Position numbers and translations under genes: made by a program
The notes under the pieces: model-generated
Database searches by the model: none
Told to the model about the DNA's origin: nothing
What the model saw: the letters and a program-made list of their open reading frames with translations, nothing else
Shown here: piece by piece, positions 1-8,244 of the stretch
Position numbering within the stretch: the first letter of the stretch is position 1
Layout: each line of letters starts with the position of its first letter
From: Granulicella sp.
GTDB lineage: Bacteria > Acidobacteriota > Terriglobia > Terriglobales > Acidobacteriaceae
Assembly: GCA_027339965.1 (NCBI GenBank)
Contig: DAHWNL010000049.1
Location: 30,542 to 94,541, forward strand
Length of the DNA stretch: 64,000 nucleotides
Reading direction: 5' to 3'

Positions 1-64
1 TGTTGGAGGGGGGAAGGAAACTTAAGGTGGTATCTCGTTATTATGAAATGGGATATCTTCGAAT

Positions 65-1213
65 CTACCTAAGCAGTTTCTCCGAGAGGGCCCGCAGCAG
101 ATGATCCACGCCTTCTTCATAAGGCGCAGGCAAGCCTCCCGCTTCGAGAGACTGAATCGCTGCTGGACCTTGCTTTGACAACCTCTCGCGAAGCTCCGAA
201 GAGACGTAGAGACGATTTATTGCCTGCTTGATATCTTCTATGCTAAACGGTTCAATTAAAAGGAAATCGCGCTCTGGGACCAAGAGCTCAGAGGCTCCGC
301 AGTGGCGCGTAGCGATCGAAGGAACCCCATTGGCGAGAGCCTCAAACAGAGCCATTCCGAAGCCATCGTCCACGCTGGGAAGGATGAATGCATCGCAGCC
401 GGCATAGAACTGGCTGATGTCGGCAACGTAACCCACCCTTTCAACATTCGGCAACTGGCCTAGCAGATGCTTCAGCACCGGATAGCGAAAGATCTCATCT
501 CCGGAGCGGATCTTGAGGTTGGCATGGGGCAGCGCCAGATCCTTCCAGGCCTGCAGCAGGTACAGGTACCCCTTGCGTAAGGGATGTCCGCCCACCACCC
601 CCAGTACGAATGGAGAACCGGCCGTCCTTGGCGGCCGTGGCGCCACCTTGGAGCGGCCGTACAGGGGAGCCAGGATCGTCTTCCGTCTCAGGTGCTCTGG
701 ATAGCTTCTTCGGCTGTAGTCGGAGGGCGTCAGGATCAGGTCGGCACGTTCATATTCCTCTACCTGGCGCTCGATGAACCAGGCGGAGTTGGGAGAAAAG
801 ATGCCGCCGGCCTTTCGCGCCTCCTCCATCATCATCCGCTGCTGCACGCGGATATCCGGGCAGGCGCGGTCCAAAACAAACACCCCGCCGGCGCGTTGCG
901 CCCTAGCGCCGGTGGCCAGGCTGGAGGTTGATGCGCCCAGCAGCAGGTCGCATTCCTCCAGAGCTGCCGCGGCCCAGCGATCGAACAAGGTGGAGTCTAT
1001 CTCGTCCAGCACCAGGGGGGTCCGGCAATGAGTCAACCCGCTGAAGATGGCTACCGGAGCCGGTATCCAACGGCTGCGAACGCCTTCATCGAAGTTCCTC
1101 ATCCTGCTGCGGGGGGTTGCCGTATACAGACAAACGTCATGACCGCGCCGCCGGAACGCATTGGCAGGCAGGCTGTAATGAGCTTGGCGTCCGGTGGCAA
1201 TCACGATCCTCAA
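65..1213 (-). CDS. Glycosyltransferase family 4 (GT-B fold)
   Basis: 382 aa with LRKGYLYLLQAW and FILPSVDDGFGMALFEALANGVP, the GT4 nucleotide-sugar-binding signature. Confidence 0.9.
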   Translation of the reverse strand: MRIVIATGRQAHYSLPANAFRRRGHDVCLYTATPRSRMRNFDEGVRSRWIPAPVAIFSGLTHCRTPLVLDEIDSTLFDRWAAAALEECDLLLGASTSSLATGARAQRAGGVFVLDRACPDIRVQQRMMMEEARKAGGIFSPNSAWFIERQVEEYERADLILTPSDYSRRSYPEHLRRKTILAPLYGRSKVAPRPPRTAGSPFVLGVVGGHPLRKGYLYLLQAWKDLALPHANLKIRSGDEIFRYPVLKHLLGQLPNVERVGYVADISQFYAGCDAFILPSVDDGFGMALFEALANGVPSIATRHCGASELLVPERDFLLIEPFSIEDIKQAINRLYVSSELRERLSKQGPAAIQSLEAGGLPAPYEEGVDHLLRALSEKLLR

Positions 1214-1383
1214 AGCTATGGCCTCATCTCAGGGAAGGTTATCACCCGGCAGAATCTGGCCTTGGACGAAGCACCTCATGCTGTTCAGCGCGGTGTCTCA
1301 GGGCTGAAAGTCGAGACGGTGGGGTGAGGGAAGCTGACACCAGCCCGGCCAGGAAGGCCTCCAAACCCGAAGAGAAATGTTCA

Positions 1384-2232
1384 CTATATAGAATATATCT
1401 TATCAGACATTAGCGAATTCCTTGTTTCGTGCATGCCCGTTCCTGGCCCGACACCCTCATCCTGTTCGCTGAGGGCGTGTGATGGCATTGCGTCCTTCTT
1501 CCACAGATAAGCCGCCTCTTCGTCCAGGTACAGAGTTACATTTGGATGGTTGCGCAGAATCGTCGCCGGGCAATCGGTCGAGATCGGGTCACGTAGGGCT
1601 CGCAACACCACCGCTGCCTTTCTCCGGCCCGGGACGGAGAGCACCAGCCGTGGCACCCTCATCAACGTGGGGATGGTGAGCGTCAGAGCCTGCTTTGGTA
1701 CCTCTTCCATACTGCTGAACCACCCTTCCGCCAGTTGCTGCTCACGGCACACCCGGTCAAGCGTGACGGTCTTGATTGGCATGGGATCCTGGAAGTCAGC
1801 TTCGTGAGGATCGTTGAAAGCAAGATGGCCGTTCTCACCGATACCGAGCAAACAAATCTGCGGATCGGTTCGGAAGAGTGCCTGGATATACTCTCTTTTC
1901 ACCCCTTCCAGATCGGTAGCGCCGCCGTCCATCTCGTGAAAGGCAGCCATGGAGACCTGGCTGGTCAGCCGTTCACGCAGGTAGCGGCGGAAGGAACTCG
2001 GATGGTCTCCGTCCAGGCCAATGTACTCATCCAGGTGGAAGCCATGCACCCTGTCCCATGGAAGATTCGAAGTGGAGGTTAGAGCTCGCAGGGTCTCTAC
2101 CTGGGAGGCCCCTGTGGCGAAGAGAACGCCAACGGCTTCCCTTTGCGCGCCCAACTCTCGGAGGGCCCGCGCGACCGCTGACCCTGCCGCCTGCCCAGCT
2201 GCCCCGGCCGTCGGATAGACTTCAACTATCAT
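1384..2232 (-). CDS. nagB: Glucosamine-6-phosphate deaminase
   Basis: FATGASQ, FHLDEYIG, LLGIGENGHLAFNDP and CPATILRNHPN motifs; lies directly downstream of nagA. Confidence 0.88.
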   Translation of the reverse strand: MIVEVYPTAGAAGQAAGSAVARALRELGAQREAVGVLFATGASQVETLRALTSTSNLPWDRVHGFHLDEYIGLDGDHPSSFRRYLRERLTSQVSMAAFHEMDGGATDLEGVKREYIQALFRTDPQICLLGIGENGHLAFNDPHEADFQDPMPIKTVTLDRVCREQQLAEGWFSSMEEVPKQALTLTIPTLMRVPRLVLSVPGRRKAAVVLRALRDPISTDCPATILRNHPNVTLYLDEEAAYLWKKDAMPSHALSEQDEGVGPGTGMHETRNSLMSDKIYSI

Positions 2233-2290
2233 AACATTCTTTCCTTATAATAATAACATAATAAGCTTCTTATGGACATAACTGTTACCT

Positions 2291-3433
2291 TCATCCAGCC
2301 CAAGAATCCCCGCCAACCAGCACCTGGACCAGATCGATCTCTCCGCCAGACACCCAACGAAACTGAATCAGATCGGCACGGGCTCCAACCTGTAGCGCGC
2401 CGCGATGCCCCACAAAGCGACCTGGATTTTGCGTAGCTGCCAAAATGGCGTCCCGCAAGGAAAAACCGGGAAGCCGAGCCAGACGGGCAATCCCACGGAT
2501 CAGCGGCAGAGCTGCGCCCGCCAGTGTGTTCGTCCCTGAGATTCCCACCCTTCCATCCTCAGTAAGTTCCACGCTGCCCCCAATAGAGGTCGCATAGCGG
2601 CCGGCAGGCAATCCAGCCAGAGAAACGGTGTCCGAGACCAGGATGCTGCGCTCCACTCCCTTGGCGCGCACCATTGCCTGGAGCGTATCCGGCGGCAGGT
2701 GAAATCCGTCGGCGATGAACGTTGCGGAGAGGCGATCCTCTGCAAGCTGTGCCCAAAGCAGATTGGGATGGCGGGGTAACTCTCCGGCCAATCCATTCCC
2801 AAGATGGGTGGACAGGACAGCTCCTGCGTTGGCTGCGGCGTGAATCTGCTCTGGGGCGGCATCCGTGTGGCCAATCGCCGGGAGACATCCTCGGCGGGCA
2901 AGATGGGCGATGTAGGCCAATGCCCGATCGTCGTGGGGGGAGAGCGTCACCATCCCCACCAGATTCCCGCTGGCCGCCTGCCAACGCTCGAACTCTGCAA
3001 CATCCGCAGGCCGGACCTGATCACAAGGGTGTGCGCCCCGGGGGCCATCGCCAGCCGCGATGTGTGGTCCCTCGACATGCACATAGGGCACCACATGCCT
3101 CACCAAAGGACAACATTTTCGGGCCTCTGCGACCGCGCGCAGTGCCGCGATCAAGCGATCCTCCGAGGCTGTAATCAGGGTAGGAACAAACGTAGTCACC
3201 CCAGCGGAGAAAAGATGCTGCATCAGATCCGTTACCAAATCCGAGGTAAGAGAGCCGGAATTAAGATCGCATCCCGCGTAACCATTGACCTGCAGATCGA
3301 TGAGCCCGGGAGAGATCCACAGCTCTTCGCCGGGCCGGACGGGAGTCAACGATCGGATCACTCCGCCCTCAATCAGAATCTCGACGAATGCTCCGCTGAT
3401 CGGATCGCGTCCCTGAATGGTCTTTGCAGCCAT
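2291..3433 (-). CDS. nagA: N-acetylglucosamine-6-phosphate deacetylase
   Basis: PGLIDLQVNG, HVEGP, GHT, THLGN, IADGFH, LVSD and LAGA amidohydrolase motifs. Confidence 0.92.
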   Translation of the reverse strand: MAAKTIQGRDPISGAFVEILIEGGVIRSLTPVRPGEELWISPGLIDLQVNGYAGCDLNSGSLTSDLVTDLMQHLFSAGVTTFVPTLITASEDRLIAALRAVAEARKCCPLVRHVVPYVHVEGPHIAAGDGPRGAHPCDQVRPADVAEFERWQAASGNLVGMVTLSPHDDRALAYIAHLARRGCLPAIGHTDAAPEQIHAAANAGAVLSTHLGNGLAGELPRHPNLLWAQLAEDRLSATFIADGFHLPPDTLQAMVRAKGVERSILVSDTVSLAGLPAGRYATSIGGSVELTEDGRVGISGTNTLAGAALPLIRGIARLARLPGFSLRDAILAATQNPGRFVGHRGALQVGARADLIQFRWVSGGEIDLVQVLVGGDSWAG

Positions 3434-3578
3434 CGCAACTCCGCGTCAGTCTATCACCGTCTCTGCCAGCGGTCTGCAGAATGGTTTTGGTCAGCTTCTG
3501 CCGCATCGATTGCTTCGTCCCCAAAAGATATCCTCCACTTCCTCGCCTGGATGAAGATGGGCCAAAGCCGGCCATGAT

Positions 3579-3592
3579 AGCGTTAAAACGCT
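3579..3592. promoter_or_regulatory. Candidate operator palindrome between divergent nagA and GH20
   Basis: AGCGTT-AA-AACGCT, perfect 6-bp inverted repeat in the divergent promoter region. Confidence 0.4.
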
Positions 3593-3636
3593 CTGCCAAG
3601 AGATTTCGGCGATCGCCTTTTGAGGAGGCTCCATCT

Positions 3637-5334
3637 CTGAAAACCCTCAACGCCAACCGACGCGATTTTCTTCGCCAGGCCGGACTGACCGTAGCCGGCA
3701 CCTTCGGGGTTCCAGACTGGACGGGGAACTCCAGAGCGGACAGAGCCGGCCTGGGCCGGCAGCATCCCTCCCCTGCCCTGGGCGCGTCTCCCATCCGCGG
3801 CCTAATGGTGGACGCCGGACGGCTTCCCGAAAAACTTGATTACTACCGAAGGGTCATTGACTTCTGTGCGGAGTGGGGTTGCAACACACTTCAATTTCGG
3901 CTTGCCGACGATCAGGGCAGCGCCCTCCGTTTTGCGTCGGTTCCCGGCCTGATAACGCATAGAAACGCCTTTACCCCGGAGCAACTGAGAGATCTGGCCG
4001 GATATGGAGAACGCCGGGGCGTGAATCTGCTGCCGGAGATTGAGTCGTTTGGGCACACTGGGTACATCACCCGGTCACCTGTTTATGCGCATCTGCTCGA
4101 TGGTCAGCCCAACAGCTCCTCGGATTTCACTGGCCTCTGCCCGGTGAATCCGGGGACGCTGGAGTTGATGACCAGACTTTATGGGGAAGTTGCTTCGATC
4201 TTCCCTTCTATTTACCTGCATGGCGGCTGCGATGAGGTGAACTGGGGGGCGTCCGATCTTTCGCGTCAGGCGCTGCAGAGCCGAAGCCGCGCGCAGATAT
4301 GGGCTGACTACCTGAACGCACTCAACCGTATCGCCGCTGATCGCCAGAAGGAACTCATTGTCTGGGGAGACTACGTTCTGCACAAGCTGCCCCAAGTCCT
4401 CTCCTTGCTGGACAGGAAGATTGTCATCATGGACTGGGACTATGCGACCAACGATGCAGTCCCCCTTCGTCGCTCGCTGGATCGAGTCCGTGCACACGGC
4501 GCCCGAGCGATCGGCGCTCCGGCCATCTCCTGCTACCGGTGGGGTCCCAGAGTGGGCAGCGAGCAACTGCGCAACATTGATGCTTACGTCAACGCCTACT
4601 CCGATGCAAGCGACTCCGCCTCTCTCGGAGTGATTGTCACCAATTGGGTTCCCAGCCGGTACGTGCAGAACTCCATCTGGGACAGCTTTGCGTATGCTGC
4701 GATTGCTTTGAACGAAGGGACGGCAACCGCGCAAACCTCCGGATTCCGCCGCTTCGTAGAGAAGCATTACCAGACCAACTGGAATGAGCTCTGGAGAGAG
4801 GTCTTCGAGAGCCTGTACAACGCCGCTCCCTACTGGCCCGGAGATTCCACCGCAACCTGGGAGGGAGTCCCGCTCGCCGTTCCGTGGAGTAACGATGCCG
4901 AGTTGACTGCCCTGCTCGCCTCAGGTGCCCCAAGTCGAAATCCGTTCACTCGCTTGGCCAGCCTTTTGGTTCAGATCGAGCCCGCCGTTCTGGCCAACCT
5001 CTCCGACTTTCGGGCATTCGCGCTCTCGATCCAATATCTTGAAAGACTCTATTGGCGCCAGACGGTCTTGCTGAAACGGGCCGGCCGGCCGGCGCTGAAC
5101 TCGGCAAGAGCCGCTCTGCTGATTCAGGCGATTGCCGCACGGGATCGCTCTCTTGCCCAAGCCCTTGCGGATGCCTGGAGGGTTGGCCGTTTTATGGATT
5201 CCACTGCGGCGTTGGAGCCGCTGTTTGGCCTGAGGCCAAAGGACCAGATGCTCTTTCAGTGGAATCAGGCTACCCAATACTCCGCATCCCTGGCCCATAG
5301 CCCAGATCGGCTCTATGCCTTGCTGAAAGGATAG
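3637..5334 (+). CDS. Glycoside hydrolase family 20 (beta-N-acetylhexosaminidase) with Tat signal; start uncertain (CTG 3637 or ATG 3574; the track start 3424 overlaps nagA)
   Basis: RGLMVDAGR, ADDQG, PEIESFGH and catalytic HGGCDEV; N-terminal NRRDFL twin-arginine motif; SD GAGGAGG at 3622-3628. Confidence 0.85.
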   Translation: MKTLNANRRDFLRQAGLTVAGTFGVPDWTGNSRADRAGLGRQHPSPALGASPIRGLMVDAGRLPEKLDYYRRVIDFCAEWGCNTLQFRLADDQGSALRFASVPGLITHRNAFTPEQLRDLAGYGERRGVNLLPEIESFGHTGYITRSPVYAHLLDGQPNSSSDFTGLCPVNPGTLELMTRLYGEVASIFPSIYLHGGCDEVNWGASDLSRQALQSRSRAQIWADYLNALNRIAADRQKELIVWGDYVLHKLPQVLSLLDRKIVIMDWDYATNDAVPLRRSLDRVRAHGARAIGAPAISCYRWGPRVGSEQLRNIDAYVNAYSDASDSASLGVIVTNWVPSRYVQNSIWDSFAYAAIALNEGTATAQTSGFRRFVEKHYQTNWNELWREVFESLYNAAPYWPGDSTATWEGVPLAVPWSNDAELTALLASGAPSRNPFTRLASLLVQIEPAVLANLSDFRAFALSIQYLERLYWRQTVLLKRAGRPALNSARAALLIQAIAARDRSLAQALADAWRVGRFMDSTAALEPLFGLRPKDQMLFQWNQATQYSASLAHSPDRLYALLKG

Positions 5335-5434
5335 AGATCCAAAGAGGTTTGTTTAAGGTCCAGCCGCTCTGACCTCAGAGAACATCGGCTGCATTGGATT
5401 CAATTCTTTTGCGAGCCATGGGCATCTCCTCTGC

Positions 5435-5553
5435 CGGTTTGATGCGTCTAAGAACATGATGTGCTGTACCTGCGATGTTTCGGGTTACCCTCTAAGCGGT
5501 TTGATGCGTCTAAGGACATGATGCGCCGTACTTGCGATGTTTCGGGTTACCCT
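5435..5553. repeat. Tandem duplication, 62-bp period, two 57-bp copies
   Basis: 5435-5491 and 5497-5553 both read CGGTTTGATGCGTCTAAG.ACATGATG.GC.GTAC.TGCGATGTTTCGGGTTACCCT, with 4 mismatches. Confidence 0.95.
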
Positions 5554-5602
5554 AAGGTCTGGTATCCTTAGTTTGTCTGGAATTGTGAGAAGGAGACTGT
5601 AG

Positions 5603-5983
5603 GTGCAATCGAATATCAGAAAGCTGCTAGCTGGCCTCTCGAAGTGCGCCCTGCTGCTGCTTTCGATTCTGGTGGTCGGGTGGGGCCTGGGCGCGAAGCT
5701 CGATATGTACCACGCCGATCAGCACCAACTTCCGACAATAAGCTCTACAGCCAAACTTTGTTTGGAGAATCGCTCCAGCCCAACGATCGTTTCGGTGCCG
5801 CAACGGGCCAGAGTGCGGGTAACTTCTGAGTCTGTTTTTGTAGTGAGCGCTAAGTTTCCTTTGCCGGAGGCTGGACTCTCCGTGTCTTCGATGAGGCGGA
5901 TGGAGAGAAGCTGCGGTTCTACTCGCAGAAGAGCCCTCTGCGGTCCAAGTTGGCTGCGTCGTCCTCCGCCTGTCCTTTTGTAG
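5603..5983 (+). CDS. Small membrane/secreted protein with C-terminal RRPPP motif (putative regulatory leader)
   Basis: SD AAGGAG upstream of GTG; N-terminal hydrophobic helix; WGLGAKLDMYH...AKL; ends WLRRPPPVLL. Confidence 0.7.
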   Translation: MQSNIRKLLAGLSKCALLLLSILVVGWGLGAKLDMYHADQHQLPTISSTAKLCLENRSSPTIVSVPQRARVRVTSESVFVVSAKFPLPEAGLSVSSMRRMERSCGSTRRRALCGPSWLRRPPPVLL

Positions 5984-6875
5984 GCAGGGACCTGGTGCAT
6001 CATTTTGGCGTCGAGGAAGGTTTGAGAGGCAAGCTGAAAAGGGCTTGTAGATCAAATGTCTAAGTAGTTTATCTTCAACGCATTACTCGTGACTCCCCGG
6101 CGGACTTTTGCGATTTCTCCTGGCGCCTGCCGTTGGCTTCCCTTGCGGTGTGCTTTGTGGAACGCTTGCCTGGGATTGTTTCCGAAGTTACCCTGCGACG
6201 GCTCGGTTCTCCGAGGTTGGGGGGTGAGGGTTCAGGAACGTGCGGGTCTCAGCTCTCAAAATTCGCGGTGCTTGTCATACCACGAGAGCGTTTGTGCGAG
6301 GTTTGGCCCTCGAACGATGCAGCGTGCGGATCGTGAAACTTTTGTGCCAAAGATTCTGTTCCAGCTTCCCTCTTCTTCGCTCTTCAAGAACAGCCTCTCA
6401 CGGAGCCTGTGCAGTCAAACTTCTGGGGCCTAAGGATTCTGCCCAGCAGAACTCTCGAACAATGAACTACGAAGCCTCCCGCCCGGCAATAAGCTGTCTC
6501 GTTCTGCCCTCCTCTTCACCAAGCTCCCGGGCGGGCTCGCTCGGCTCCGCCGCCGGACTCGGCTCCAGTGCCAGATTGGCGCAGCATCTGCCTTTCCATT
6601 GCTCCGCCCCGTTTTCTCTCCCGACTGTTGTTAAAACAAACCGGCTTCGTTTTCGCGTCCACGCCAGACGCCCTGCGGAGGGTGTTCCTGCAGCTCAGCC
6701 GGCCCACGCCTCCTCCTTCTCCCATCGCGGCCCGACTCTTCTCCAATCGAATAGGGGCGCCACCCAGCCATTGGTCCGGCGCTTTTCTTTGAAGGCGCCT
6801 CCGAGTTCTGGCCCATCGCTTTGTTAACTCAGCATCCTTATTTGTACCCTCAATGATCTACAGGAGCTCTGCCAA

Positions 6876-8156
6876 ATGCGCTATCCGCACTCAGTAATAT
6901 CCGTCACAGCTTCCCTCTGCGCTGTTCTCGGGGTCACTTCCTGCCATACCGGGGGGCCGGCTCCAAAAGAAATTCCCACAGCCAAGGTTGCGGTGGCTCA
7001 ACGTGGCGATATGGCAATAGCGGTAACGCTGGTCGGACAGTTTCAGCCCTACCAGGTGGTGGACGTCCATCCCAAAGTCAGCGGATATATGAAGCAGATC
7101 AACGTCGACATCGGCGACATCGTACATAAGGGAGAGGTCCTGGCGGTACTGGATATTCCTGAACTGAGAGCTCAGCTTCAAGAGTCGGCCTTTGAACTGG
7201 AGCAAAGCAAGCAAGCAGTCACGCGTGCTCAACAGGAGGTTGATCGCACCGTGGCGCTTGACTACGCATTGCATAAGGAGTCGGTTCGATTGGATAAGGC
7301 CGCCGCAACGCAGCCCGGCCTGATCGCTCAGCAGGAACTGGACGACGCGCAGTCCAAAGATCTGGATGCCCAAGCCCAGATTGCGGCGGCGAAAGCGGGG
7401 TTGGCCGCGGCCCAGCAACACGAAGCGGCCGCTCTCGCGCTAAACCAGCACTATCAAGCGTTGGAAAACTATACCTACGTGATCTCTCCATTCGATGGGG
7501 TGGTGATTTGGCGCTATGCCGACACCGGCGCATTGATCCAGGGTGGAACCGCTCAGAACGACTCCGCTCTGCCCATCGTTCGTGTCTCGCAGAGCGGCTT
7601 GTTGCGTCTGCGTTTTCCCGTGCCTGAGAACGACGTGCAAACCATCCACATCGGCGATACTGTGCCGGTCCGAGTAGACGCCGTCAACGGTATCTATGAG
7701 GGGAAGGTTATACGGTTCACTCGCAGTGTGAACTTCGAGACTCGGACCATGGAGACGGAGATCGACATTAAGAATCCGAAACTCACCCTCACTCCCGGGA
7801 TGTATGCCGTCACCGATCTGCCCCTGGCACAACAAGAGAATGCGACCACCATTCCGTTAGAGGCGCTGGTGATGAACGGAGATCAGCAGACGGTCTATGC
7901 GCTGGACGGCAACAATCGCATCCATATACGCAATGTGACCGTGGGCCTGAGAGGCCAGAAGCTGGCCGCAATCACCTCTGGGCTGGCAGTTGGCGATCGC
8001 GTCATTGATGGGGGTCAGGAGAAGTATCAGGATGGCGAGCTTGTGGATCCGCGGATCGTCTCCACGCCGGCATCCGAGACGACCCAGCAGACCGGCGGCA
8101 TGATTGACATGAAGAAGGAAGAGGCAGTGACCGACGCATCTCTGGCGCCAAACTAA
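6876..8156 (+). CDS. RND efflux periplasmic adaptor (MFP), probable lipoprotein
   Basis: Signal peptide with VTSC lipobox-like motif; VDIGDIVHKGEVL lipoyl half; coiled coil; SPFDGVV; TRTMETEID; LTPGMYA. Confidence 0.93.
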   Translation: MRYPHSVISVTASLCAVLGVTSCHTGGPAPKEIPTAKVAVAQRGDMAIAVTLVGQFQPYQVVDVHPKVSGYMKQINVDIGDIVHKGEVLAVLDIPELRAQLQESAFELEQSKQAVTRAQQEVDRTVALDYALHKESVRLDKAAATQPGLIAQQELDDAQSKDLDAQAQIAAAKAGLAAAQQHEAAALALNQHYQALENYTYVISPFDGVVIWRYADTGALIQGGTAQNDSALPIVRVSQSGLLRLRFPVPENDVQTIHIGDTVPVRVDAVNGIYEGKVIRFTRSVNFETRTMETEIDIKNPKLTLTPGMYAVTDLPLAQQENATTIPLEALVMNGDQQTVYALDGNNRIHIRNVTVGLRGQKLAAITSGLAVGDRVIDGGQEKYQDGELVDPRIVSTPASETTQQTGGMIDMKKEEAVTDASLAPN

Positions 8157-8244
8157 AGCCAGACTCTCCGTGCGTTAGCCCATCGATCCCTGATGGGGCG
8201 GGCATAGACACAGTTCGGCTAACCATCCCAGGAGTATTTGTTCC

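Noticed and set aside
3424..3573. Track N-terminal extensions of GH20 (and likewise purC, purL, thiE, etfB, fucP, GWxTD)
   Set aside because: They overlap neighbouring genes or promoters; downstream starts fit SD sites and family N-termini better
5435..5553. Possible CRISPR array
   Set aside because: Only two long units separated by 5 bp, no unique spacers, and no cas genes in the window
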